This document shows positions 28,759 through 37,720 of a stretch of DNA of 64,000 nucleotides, one piece after another. A program made the translations under genes and the position numbers. Every line of letters begins with the position of its first letter. The first letter of the stretch is position 1. The notes beneath the pieces were generated by a model. It did no database searches. It worked only from the letters and a program-made list of their open reading frames with translations, and was not told the origin of the DNA. The stretch is taken from the IMG/VR virus record IMGVR_UViG_3300028992_000036; one strand, given 5' to 3'. This DNA is from a virus (Duplodnaviria; Heunggongvirae; Uroviricota; Caudoviricetes).

Positions 28759-29859
28759 ATGAGCGAGTCCAAATCGCCGGATGCCCTGAGAGCAATGGTA
28801 GCCGGTACGCTGGCTAATTTTCAGCACCCAACCCTGAAACACAACCTGACTACGCTTAAAGCGTTACACCATGTTGCGTTGATGGATGACACACTGCATG
28901 TCGAACTAATCATGCCTTTCGTGTGGAATAAGCCTTTTGAAGACCTGAAAGAGCAATGTAGTGGTGATCTGCTCCGTATCACTGGCGCAAAGGCTATTGA
29001 CTGGAAGCTGTCGTACAACATTGCCACGCTTAAGCGCGTCAAAAACCAACCAGGCATTAATGGCGTTAAGAACATTATCGCCGTCAGCTCAGGCAAGGGC
29101 GGCGTGGGTAAATCCTCCACGGCGGTAAACCTGGCACTGGCGTTGGCTGCTGAAGGTGCGAAAGTTGGTATTTTGGATGCCGATATCTATGGTCCATCAA
29201 TTCCAACCATGCTGGGCGCGGAAAACCAACGTCCAACCTCACCGGACGGTACTCACATGGCACCTATCATGTCTCATGGCCTGGCAACCAACTCTATTGG
29301 TTATCTGGTCACCGACGACAATGCAATGGTGTGGCGTGGACCGATGGCCAGCAAGGCGCTGATGCAGATGTTGCAGGAAACACTGTGGCCTGATCTGGAC
29401 TATCTCGTTCTCGATATGCCACCGGGCACTGGTGATATTCAATTGACGCTGGCGCAGAACATTCCTGTAACTGGTGCGGTTGTGGTAACTACGCCGCAAG
29501 ACATCGCGCTGATCGATGCGAAGAAAGGCATTGTGATGTTCGAAAAAGTCGAAGTGCCGGTACTGGGTATCGTTGAAAACATGAGTGTGCATATTTGCAG
29601 TAACTGCGGTCATCACGAGCCAATTTTTGGCACCGGTGGCGCACAGAAACTGGCCGAGAAATACAACACGCAGTTGTTAGGCCAAATGCCACTTCATATC
29701 TCTCTTCGTGAAGATCTGGATAACGGAACACCAACCGTTATTAGTCGTCCAGATAGTGAATTTACGGCTATTTATCGTGACCTCGCAGATCGCGTTGCTG
29801 CCCAAATGTATTGGCAAGGTGAAGTAATACCTGGCGAAATCGCATTCCGCGCAGTGTGA
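28759..29859 (+). CDS. apbC: Fe-S cluster carrier ATPase ApbC/Mrp
   Basis: P-loop [12 protein letters not shown], CxxC region ICSNCGHHE; divergent from metG as in E. coli; GGAG RBS. Confidence 0.9.
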   Translation: MSESKSPDALRAMVAGTLANFQHPTLKHNLTTLKALHHVALMDDTLHVELIMPFVWNKPFEDLKEQCSGDLLRITGAKAIDWKLSYNIATLKRVKNQPGINGVKNIIAVSSGKGGVGKSSTAVNLALALAAEGAKVGILDADIYGPSIPTMLGAENQRPTSPDGTHMAPIMSHGLATNSIGYLVTDDNAMVWRGPMASKALMQMLQETLWPDLDYLVLDMPPGTGDIQLTLAQNIPVTGAVVVTTPQDIALIDAKKGIVMFEKVEVPVLGIVENMSVHICSNCGHHEPIFGTGGAQKLAEKYNTQLLGQMPLHISLREDLDNGTPTVISRPDSEFTAIYRDLADRVAAQMYWQGEVIPGEIAFRAV

Positions 29860-29866
29860 TAAAAAG

Positions 29867-29995
29867 GTGGTGCTTTTGCCGTTACGCACCACCCCGTCAG
29901 TAGCTGAACAGGAGGGACAGCTGATAGAAACAGAAGCCACTGGAGCACCTCAAAAACACCATCATACACTAAATCAGTAAGTTGGCAGCATCACC
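29867..29995 (-). mobile_element. IS1 remnant (left terminal ~127 bp incl. IRL and first 22 codons of insA)
   Basis: Reverse complement reads GGTGATGCTGCCAACTTACTGATTTAGTGTATGATGG...; InsA N-terminus [24 protein letters not shown]; ends 8 nt after the apbC stop. Confidence 0.8.
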
Positions 29996-30104
29996 GAGCG
30001 CCAGCGGCGAACATATGAGCTTCGGAAATACTAGACATTCTTAACTCCGTTGTTTTCTAGTTGTGGTTATTTTCACAAATAAGAAAAGATAGAAAACAAT
30101 TTAT

Positions 30105-30135
30105 TTAAGGCCACAACTTATGGCCTTTATTTATT
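30105..30135. terminator. bidirectional hairpin terminator candidate
   Basis: GGCCA-caactta-TGGCC hairpin flanked by T-rich runs on both strands. Confidence 0.4.
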
Positions 30136-30157
30136 CATGCCGAAGGATTTGTAGCGT

Positions 30158-30538
30158 CTAATTGCCGGATAAAATGGGGTGAGGTGCTTGCCAGTAGGCT
30201 CCACCGTTCCATGTGAACCCCATGCGAATAAGAGTGTTTATTGCGGCTTTGGTAGACTCCGATTCGACACTGGCTTTACGAAACTCTTGAACCTCTTTCG
30301 CCAACTTGTATGTAATTGTGCAGGGGACGATTGCAGCCCAGCCTTTCTCATGACTGTTAATGACCATCTGGATGTGACCATCCAGAATAGGTTGATTAGG
30401 CATGTTATTGAAAATGTCTGCCTGTTTTTGAATGTGAAGAAAAAGCCTTGCCAGCGCCATTTGCTCACTACGAGACAAGGGATTATCAAGAGGGCTTTTT
30501 GCAAAAGCTGCTATACGCTGTGCATCAATGCCAAACAT
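30158..30538 (-). CDS. hypothetical protein
   Basis: 126 aa; start overlaps upstream stop (TGATG). Confidence 0.45.
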   Translation of the reverse strand: MFGIDAQRIAAFAKSPLDNPLSRSEQMALARLFLHIQKQADIFNNMPNQPILDGHIQMVINSHEKGWAAIVPCTITYKLAKEVQEFRKASVESESTKAAINTLIRMGFTWNGGAYWQAPHPILSGN

Positions 30539-31242
30539 CAGCGCACCTCACCATCTTTATGGCTGGAGTTAACTTCCGTCATTAAATGTCTGACGTAATC
30601 GACAAGAGAGCCGCCTGGTGGAATCTGGCATTCCTCAACTAACTGGAAGTAGATATCCGCTGCATTACGTGTATTGCTACCCGCGCATATTCTTTCTTCC
30701 CGAAGTGCATGAAGCTCGTTGATCAAACGGTCACACTCTCCGTTACGCTGATCCACAACGGCCTCAAGCTCTGCGACGCGTTCACCTGGCGTCTTACCTT
30801 CTTTGCGTTGGATGGTAACGACGAAATCGCCAATTGCAGGGACGTTGTAATCCAGCTCAAGGTAGTTTTTGGCACCGCTGCGGACGAACTCACCCGCGAA
30901 CATGGTGGCGAACATCGCAGAGGCCACTTCTCCGTTGAAAAGTGACTCCAGATCTAACGGAGTCCCGGCAGCAAGAGCCTCTTTTGCTGTATCCATTGCA
31001 TCCATGAACCGATCAAACTCACTAGCGCGCTTTTCCAGGTCTTTCCATTGCTCGCTCCAACGTTTGGCAACGAAGTCTATGAATGTTTTCGCGGATTCAT
31101 CAAAATTCCCCTCAAACTTAACGATGCCTTTATCAATAATGATCTGGCCTACCGCATCCTCTGCATAACCTTTCAATGTAAACTTGAAAGGAAAATCGGA
31201 ATGGCCTGTGACGTTAAAATGCTCTAACTGGAGGTTGCTCAT
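30538..31242 (-). CDS. hypothetical protein
   Basis: 234 aa; AAGAGA RBS. Confidence 0.45.
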   Translation of the reverse strand: MSNLQLEHFNVTGHSDFPFKFTLKGYAEDAVGQIIIDKGIVKFEGNFDESAKTFIDFVAKRWSEQWKDLEKRASEFDRFMDAMDTAKEALAAGTPLDLESLFNGEVASAMFATMFAGEFVRSGAKNYLELDYNVPAIGDFVVTIQRKEGKTPGERVAELEAVVDQRNGECDRLINELHALREERICAGSNTRNAADIYFQLVEECQIPPGGSLVDYVRHLMTEVNSSHKDGEVR

Positions 31243-31303
31243 GTGTTTTTCTCTTATCGTTTAGTAACTACATTCTTACATAAATTAAGTAAGCATTTAC
31301 CTA

Positions 31304-32989
31304 TCATTTAACGCGTTTGAAAACGTATACGCTGACTGTGATCCCTGTGTCTTCAAACTCGTTGGTAAACGACTTCCCTCTGGCATAAACGTAATTATCC
31401 ATCGTCATCCAGTCCAGTATTGGCGCAGTGCCCGGCAATACTGCTACAAGACGCCCGCCGACTTTCAGATGCCCCAGCGCAGCCAGCGTGTGCTCTCTAT
31501 GACGACCAAGCGAGTACGGCGGGTTCATAACGATTTTGTCGAACTGATAACCTGCGTTGTCCTCAGACCACTTTATGAAGTCGCAGCAAATCGTGTTCGT
31601 ATACCCTTTTCCACGCAGGATATCAGCGAAGAGAGGTGCGATTTCTATGCAGGTAACATCTTCCAGATCGGCGTCAATATAGGCCAGAAGATCCCCACGT
31701 CCGGCTTGAGGCTCCAACAGCTTCTCACCAGGCTTCAATTCAGTGGCTCTTGCAACGTACTCAGCAATCAAGCGTGGGGTAGGGTAGAACTGGTGTGATT
31801 TTGTATCCGGTATTAAACCGGTAGCCACAATCGTATTTAGCGTATGGCCGATGTCATACGGGAACTGCCAGTGCTTTTTCTCCTGCACGCCGCCAATGAA
31901 GCTCAGTGTGCGCTCAAGCTCTTCCACCTGCGACTTCTGGAGAGCTGAATCAGAGAAGTACCATACACCTTTGTCTTTGCTCAATCGCCCGTCACGAAGC
32001 GCAGTGCGAACCGGCACGGAGATCGTCTTCTGGATTAAACCGAACTGCTTTGGTGCCCGTGTTTTTGGCGCAGTTCGGCATGGCGCGGGGATTGCAGCAG
32101 GCATACTGTAAGCCAGCACCTCATTCAACTTCCAGGCCACGTCAGGATGTATTTCAAAGTGAACGTTGCCGTTCTTGAACATCTTCACGCGCATCAGATT
32201 TCCATCGACGTTCATCCAGTCACCGGTCTGGCAGTCGTTTGCCCGATACGCAGCTGATAGCACCTCAGCAGTGCGGTTGATGGTAATAAATTCTTTGTGC
32301 GCGAAGAAATGAAGCAAGACACGCAGATCGTCGATGTAGTCCTCTTTGCGATAGTTCACGCTAACGCTGTCCCGCCAGAAATCAGAAATGCAGTCAGCGA
32401 TTATCAGCCGCTCGCTGAAACCATTTGTCTTATTTGTCTTGTGCACAGGACTCAGCGCCTTAAACAAGCCATACACGCGCTCAGAGAGATATTTGTGCCT
32501 GTCATTCAGCAAATTAAGCATCGTGGGTATGACCGTTTCTGCTTTGAACTCCGGTACACCAACGAACTCTTTAACCTTCATCTGGTAGCCGGTTCTGTCA
32601 GTTTTGATGACTTCCTGTTTGCCCTCTATAAACTGCTCGCGCCACTCATCTCGACGGGAAGCTGGCATGATCAGCAAAACGTTAGTCATGTCCGTGACCT
32701 TCCTCCAGTACTCGGCCCAAATATTCTGTTTCACCCATTCCAGATCGACTTTATCCAACCAACCTCGATTTAAACGCGAGCGATCTTCATCTGGTCGATG
32801 GTTTAGTTTCAGCAGGCGATTAATCATGTTGTGGCGTTCGTCGCCATAAACGAAGTTGTGAACCTGATACATGAAGGCGATCTCTTTCTCGCACTCGGCC
32901 ACAATTTCGTGGATAACGTTCATTTCCTGACGATAATCGATAGCAGTGTTTGAGCTGGCATCGTCGATGATGGAAAGGGCTGTATTCAT
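31304..32989 (-). CDS. orphan N6-adenine DNA methyltransferase with large N-terminal domain of unknown function
   Basis: C-terminal FYPTP, motif I EPQAGRGDL, motif IV NPPY; ~400-aa N-terminal extension; motif A at 33001-33035. Confidence 0.65.
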   Translation of the reverse strand: MNTALSIIDDASSNTAIDYRQEMNVIHEIVAECEKEIAFMYQVHNFVYGDERHNMINRLLKLNHRPDEDRSRLNRGWLDKVDLEWVKQNIWAEYWRKVTDMTNVLLIMPASRRDEWREQFIEGKQEVIKTDRTGYQMKVKEFVGVPEFKAETVIPTMLNLLNDRHKYLSERVYGLFKALSPVHKTNKTNGFSERLIIADCISDFWRDSVSVNYRKEDYIDDLRVLLHFFAHKEFITINRTAEVLSAAYRANDCQTGDWMNVDGNLMRVKMFKNGNVHFEIHPDVAWKLNEVLAYSMPAAIPAPCRTAPKTRAPKQFGLIQKTISVPVRTALRDGRLSKDKGVWYFSDSALQKSQVEELERTLSFIGGVQEKKHWQFPYDIGHTLNTIVATGLIPDTKSHQFYPTPRLIAEYVARATELKPGEKLLEPQAGRGDLLAYIDADLEDVTCIEIAPLFADILRGKGYTNTICCDFIKWSEDNAGYQFDKIVMNPPYSLGRHREHTLAALGHLKVGGRLVAVLPGTAPILDWMTMDNYVYARGKSFTNEFEDTGITVSVYVFKRVK

Positions 32990-33130
32990 AATTACACCAT
33001 TAAATAATTTGTTTTCTGATTGGTGTAATTATCGCAAACTTGAAAAGGCATAAAAGCTGCATTCATAGGCGTTACAGCAGATTTAAGGCGTAAAAATGGG
33101 GGCTGTCGCCCCCTGTCGACTGGTGCTGTA

Positions 33131-33697
33131 TTAGAGTGCGTATTGCGTTTTGTGCGGCTGCTTATTCAAGTCATGGCGATGCGTGAGCTCCCGCATCATG
33201 TCTTCAAGGCGACTCTTTGTGTCGTCGAGCTGGTCGGCCATTGCACCTAAAAGCTGGCGAACGGCCATCGGATCGTCGCTGTTTAGTGATGGCATTTTAG
33301 AACCTGCTTTAGAAGACATAAGGTTGATTGCAGACATCAACATCGTTAGAGAGGATTTAAGCCCGGCAATTTCACGATCTTTGCTGGCAATAATCGTCTC
33401 ACTTTTGTTACCGTCATCAGTTTCTTGAGTCTCGCTCACCATATCCAAAGTCGCTTGCAACTTATCAGCTCTCTCTTTTTCAGCAAGGTAATGAACACCG
33501 AAATGGTGTGCCAAAGCTACAATCTGAGTTGGCTCTTCAAAGGTGGAATTAAAATTAAGTATTGTAAACAGTCTCTCAAATATGGAAACGTCTTCTATTC
33601 CTCGAAGAATGGCTAACATTTTGACCAGTTCATTAGCATCCATTTCTTCGAATAAGGCGTTTTGTTCATCAGCTATCGCTTTGCATTTCTTGCACAT
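33131..33697 (-). CDS. hypothetical protein
   Basis: 188 aa; motif A at 33714-33750. Confidence 0.4.
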   Translation of the reverse strand: MCKKCKAIADEQNALFEEMDANELVKMLAILRGIEDVSIFERLFTILNFNSTFEEPTQIVALAHHFGVHYLAEKERADKLQATLDMVSETQETDDGNKSETIIASKDREIAGLKSSLTMLMSAINLMSSKAGSKMPSLNSDDPMAVRQLLGAMADQLDDTKSRLEDMMRELTHRHDLNKQPHKTQYAL

Positions 33698-33994
33698 GTG
33701 TTTTTCCTAATGCTTAAACAAGTTGTTTTCTTATTGTCTTTATTGTGATGTGGCATAAAAGGGGAGCAAGCTAAACGTAAAGGTGCAAACTCTCTATTTC
33801 GGTCAACGAAACACAAGGGCCATTTGGCCCTTGTCATTAACACTTTGCTTTACGAACTAACGGATAAGCGAAGTAGATCGCCAAACCAATGAGGACGCCA
33901 TCAGAAATGACAGACATCATCTTTCCCGTAAAATCCACCAACACCGCCATCACCAGAAGAGCAATGACGATCACAAGCCGGAATCTCTCAAGCA

Positions 33995-34420
33995 TTAGAG
34001 ATAAGCATCCAGTGACAACTGAAGCGCCTGGGCGATCTTTTTCAGTGCCTGCTCTTCTTGTTCACCAATGCCGTCCTGATCGGCAATATCAAGGCACAGA
34101 CACAGAACATCGACCGCCTCTGGAGTACCCGCAATATCAGACAGCTCACGAATAGCCTGTGCATTAGCAGAACGAGGGGACGCTTCGTAACGAGCACGGA
34201 TATTGGCGCTCATTTGGGCAATTTCACCAGCAAACGGAGAAAACGCAGGCAGAGCTGCAATTGTCTTCTCAAGAATGGCAATTTCTTTTGCGTCACATGT
34301 GCCGTCGGCATAGGAGATCATGTACGCGCCCCACACGGTGGCCTCAACCGCATCACGGTTCTCCATTTTTTTGACTTCGATAACAGCTTTACGAGTTTTC
34401 TTTTTGAAGAAACCTAACAT
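33995..34420 (-). CDS. TerB-like domain protein, putative
   Basis: 141 aa helical protein resembling TerB-like modules; motif A at 34443-34475. Weak assignment. Confidence 0.35.
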   Translation of the reverse strand: MLGFFKKKTRKAVIEVKKMENRDAVEATVWGAYMISYADGTCDAKEIAILEKTIAALPAFSPFAGEIAQMSANIRARYEASPRSANAQAIRELSDIAGTPEAVDVLCLCLDIADQDGIGEQEEQALKKIAQALQLSLDAYL

Positions 34421-34513
34421 GTGCTTTCCTTTTATTATTTGTCAAAACAAGTTGTTTTCTAATTACATAAATTGCTTACGCAGAGATGGTCAATGCATAT
34501 GCACTAACAGCCG

Positions 34514-34702
34514 TCAGAAATAACCAAGTACCGAACCAACTGGAAAAACAAAAATCCCAACTACACGAGCCAAGGTCATGCCAGCCTGAAACTGGAGATC
34601 GCCAGAGCAAACAAGTTTTATAATGTTCGATACCCAACCGGCGGCCATAAGGGCAAGAATTGCCAGCCAAATTTTTCCAAAGTGATTTGAAAACCAGTTC
34701 AT
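34514..34702 (-). CDS. small membrane protein (two predicted TM helices)
   Basis: 62 aa hydrophobic; AAGGCGG RBS; start overlaps upstream stop. Confidence 0.4.
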   Translation of the reverse strand: MNWFSNHFGKIWLAILALMAAGWVSNIIKLVCSGDLQFQAGMTLARVVGIFVFPVGSVLGYF

Positions 34703-34950
34703 ACAACCGCCTTAGTCACAGCATGATCCTGAGTAACTGGATGAACTTGAGGTATCGCATCCACCGCCATCCCATCCAGAGTGACAGGACGCTCCACTGG
34801 AGTGGTGGTAATTGTCGTCGACGAAGGTGTGGTGATGGATGAATCCGGCATCAAAAGGCTCTGACCGGCTGGAACGGCTACCGTCGCCAGTGAAACTATA
34901 ATGAGAACGTAGGCCATTGGTTTCAGCCTCTTTCTTTGAAAATTTTCCAT
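34699..34950 (-). CDS. small membrane-anchored Ser/Thr/Pro-rich protein
   Basis: 83 aa; hydrophobic segment AYVLIIVSLATVAVPAG then STP-rich tail; AAGGA RBS. Confidence 0.4.
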   Translation of the reverse strand: MENFQRKRLKPMAYVLIIVSLATVAVPAGQSLLMPDSSITTPSSTTITTTPVERPVTLDGMAVDAIPQVHPVTQDHAVTKAVV

Positions 34951-35206
34951 TCGAACTGTCCTTGTTGTTTTTCTCCTTCACTAAAGGCCGTGCATTTTTC
35001 GCTTCGCGTGAAGAACCAGAGGCAACAATCGCCCCCACGTTCGCAACAACTGACGCTTGATTATCTAAACGTTCATTCAGCAACCGAACGGTAGTCTCTA
35101 GTTCATCAAGGCGTGACATAACACGACCGCTAAATAATTCGGCCAAAATTTGACGTAAAGAACGAGGACGTTTAGTTACAGAAGTGAAATAGGTTTGACG
35201 TGCCAT
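34712..35206 (-). CDS. hypothetical protein; C-terminal half overlaps 34699..34950 out of frame (possible frameshift or sequencing indel)
   Basis: N-terminal ~85 aa look protein-like; remainder is low-complexity typical of out-of-frame translation. Confidence 0.3.
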   Translation of the reverse strand: MARQTYFTSVTKRPRSLRQILAELFSGRVMSRLDELETTVRLLNERLDNQASVVANVGAIVASGSSREAKNARPLVKEKNNKDSSNGKFSKKEAETNGLRSHYSFTGDGSRSSRSEPFDAGFIHHHTFVDDNYHHSSGASCHSGWDGGGCDTSSSSSYSGSCCD

Positions 35207-35354
35207 GTGGACTCCATCCAGTGTCAGAAAGAGTTGCGGCTGGCGATTGCCAGCCGCCTTTCTCGTTCCATCCTGGAACTGTGTCTTACCGACACATTGT
35301 CATCCTGACGCCGATAAGATACATGATTTAAAATGATAGGTAAACACTTACTTA

Positions 35355-35945
35355 CTATTTATTATAAACAAAACCAATATCTTTCTTGTGAGGCATATCT
35401 GCTGCTGAAAAAGCTGCGATCTTCGCGAGTCGATCACATATTTCATTTTCACGATGCCCGGCGTGACCTTTAACCCACTTCCAGCGAACATTATGTCGAC
35501 TTGCGGCCTCATCCAGACGCTTCCACAGATCAACATTCTTTACCGGTTTTTTGTCAGAAGTCATCCATCCATTGCGTTTCCACCATTTCATCCACTGTGT
35601 CATGCCGTTTTTCAGATACTGGCTATCAGAGTGCAAAATAACGTTGCATGGATATTTCAAACGCTCCAGCCCGATAAGTGCCCCCATCATCTCCATGCGG
35701 TTATTGGTGGTGCTATGAAAACCATCTGAGAACTCGCGTTCCTCACCACGATACTGGAGAACGATACCGTAACCGCCCGGGCCACCCGGATTTTTAAGGC
35801 AAGAGCCATCACTAAAGATTTTCACGGTTTTAAGCTGGGGATTGAACTCTACGACAGGCGTTGTGGGATTGGTGCGGGGGGAATTTTTGTTTTTGGCTTT
35901 TTTGCGAGTTTTTGCTTGCGATCGGGCTGGTGTCTTCGTCGTCAT
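35355..35945 (-). CDS. ribonuclease HI homologue with basic N-terminal extension
   Basis: FSDGSC...[11 protein letters not shown]...HSDSQY...VKGHAGH motifs closely resemble E. coli RnhA; CAGGAG RBS before ATG 35945. Confidence 0.75.
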   Translation of the reverse strand: MTTKTPARSQAKTRKKAKNKNSPRTNPTTPVVEFNPQLKTVKIFSDGSCLKNPGGPGGYGIVLQYRGEEREFSDGFHSTTNNRMEMMGALIGLERLKYPCNVILHSDSQYLKNGMTQWMKWWKRNGWMTSDKKPVKNVDLWKRLDEAASRHNVRWKWVKGHAGHRENEICDRLAKIAAFSAADMPHKKDIGFVYNK

Positions 35946-36527
35946 ATAAACTCCTGAATCAAGCGCCGCGCCGATTTTTCCTCGCGCGTGCGCACACGCG
36001 TGCGTGTTAATAATTATTAAAATAAACAAATTACTTCCCAGAACAGGTTTTTATAAACCTGAACTGAACGAACGAAGTGAGTGAAGTTCACCTCGAACGA
36101 AGTGAGAGGTTGTCTTTTCAGGTAATACTCTCCCAGGGAGGTGAGTATAAAAATCTCTCACCAACCTGGTCGTTTCATAACCTGAAAAGTTATGGTCTAA
36201 GTCTACTGCCAGCTTAGACTTGGGAAGTTATGGATGACAGCACCCCAGAACCGAGATCTTCCCACACTTTATGAAGGGGAGTACTGGATTCAACCTCTCG
36301 AAACACCCCAGACTCGACAATCATAAAGTGACCCTTGTCTCTGCTCACTTTGGTTCCCCCTTCCCCGACACCTAAACGGCACCAGTTCTACGCTGGTAGT
36401 GAGCTTTTTTAAACCTGACGCCAGTGACGCTTACCCCCACCCATCAGGTCGAGTCTCCAGTCTACGACTGGAAACTATCAGATCTTAGCACTTACAATTC
36501 ACTTTATGAATAGTTTGTACTTATCTA

Positions 36528-36758
36528 TCATTGTGATTGATTATTTTCTCTACCATGTAGTTGAACATTCAAGGCAAACACCTCATTGATCAACTCACCT
36601 AAAAGCTGTTCAACAAGTTCGCGATGCTCGCCAAGATGCAAGCACTTAATTGCCCATTCGTACAAGTTGAAAGCCTGCTCACGATCTTTCATCATTTCAC
36701 GAGCCTGGGCCAGAAAATCGCTCTCTACGAGCGCAACGACATTAGTCGGGTATGACAT
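36528..36758 (-). CDS. small hypothetical protein
   Basis: 76 aa from ATG 36758 with AAGGA RBS. Confidence 0.4.
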   Translation of the reverse strand: MSYPTNVVALVESDFLAQAREMMKDREQAFNLYEWAIKCLHLGEHRELVEQLLGELINEVFALNVQLHGRENNQSQ

Positions 36759-36863
36759 GTTGGTTTCCTTAAAGTGGTTCATAAAATCGATTTTAAAGCG
36801 TCTGGGAAGGGGTTCTAGTGGATTCTGTTGTGATGTTCAGGTCTGGAGTCTCTGATACAAAAC

Positions 36864-36922
36864 AGCCTGCTTCCGTATATTAATAATTAATATGTAGTTA
36901 TTTATATATACAGAAGCAGGCT
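36864..36922. repeat. palindromic element, copy 2 of 2
   Basis: AGCCTGCTTCCGTATAT ... ATATATACAGAAGCAGGCT; same arms and same mismatch as copy 1. Confidence 0.55.
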
Positions 36923-36943
36923 AATTACAGACGCCAGAACAAA

Positions 36944-37537
36944 CTAAGCAGCCTTCTTTGATGGTCTTTTTTTCCTGATCACATTCGCAGGATCATACCC
37001 TCCCAGACTTTTCATGACGTCCAAAGGGATCTTGCTTATAGAGTGCCCAGCGTCCTGACAGAATCCTCGAAAAACAACGAGCATACTGCCACCTGGGTTG
37101 ATGTTTACTTCTACCTGACCCAGATTTACGTCAGGCTCGACAAACGCTACGCGGCCACCAGACAGAATAATCGTCTCATTCGCACACTCTGTTGCACGCT
37201 CATACCACTTTGTATCTAGGGATTGAGGAATTAGCATCACTGTTGTAACTCCGCGAGCCTGCTCACGTATAGCCGCATCAATCCAGGGGTAGATTTTGGA
37301 GTAGGGTGGATTGAGGAAGGCAATTGTACCTGGCTGTCCCCATTCAGATTTCAAAGCATCACGCTCAACGCCTATGAAATTAGGCAGCTTTGCATTGTCC
37401 TTGTTGCAGGCAACGTCAACATCAAATGTCACTCCAAGATAACGTTGAATGGCAGAAAACAGCCAGTCAGGTGTTCTCCAGAGGTCACGAAGAGAGTTGT
37501 CACGCTTTCGCTGTTTGATTTTTTCGGCTGCAATCAT
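36944..37537 (-). CDS. phage-type Dam-family N6-adenine DNA methyltransferase
   Basis: NPPYS motif in a short ~197-aa protein typical of small phage Dam-like methylases; motif B immediately upstream. Confidence 0.7.
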   Translation of the reverse strand: MIAAEKIKQRKRDNSLRDLWRTPDWLFSAIQRYLGVTFDVDVACNKDNAKLPNFIGVERDALKSEWGQPGTIAFLNPPYSKIYPWIDAAIREQARGVTTVMLIPQSLDTKWYERATECANETIILSGGRVAFVEPDVNLGQVEVNINPGGSMLVVFRGFCQDAGHSISKIPLDVMKSLGGYDPANVIRKKRPSKKAA

Positions 37538-37596
37538 CTTCTTTCTCGATAGGTAAGTAAATACCTATTTTTGCATTTGATTTTATGTCTGGCAAT

Positions 37597-37646
37597 CAAA
37601 TAAAACGCGCCAGAAATGCAAACGAGAAGCTCTCTGGCGCGTTTTT
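37597..37646. terminator. bidirectional intrinsic terminator
   Basis: CGCGCCAGA ... TCTGGCGCG stem with T-runs on both strands. Confidence 0.5.
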
Positions 37647-37720
37647 GTGGTGCTGGGTATGTGATTGGCTTACCCAGTACTATAAAGCTCTCTATGGGCT
37701 TTATTTTAAGTAGGGGAACG

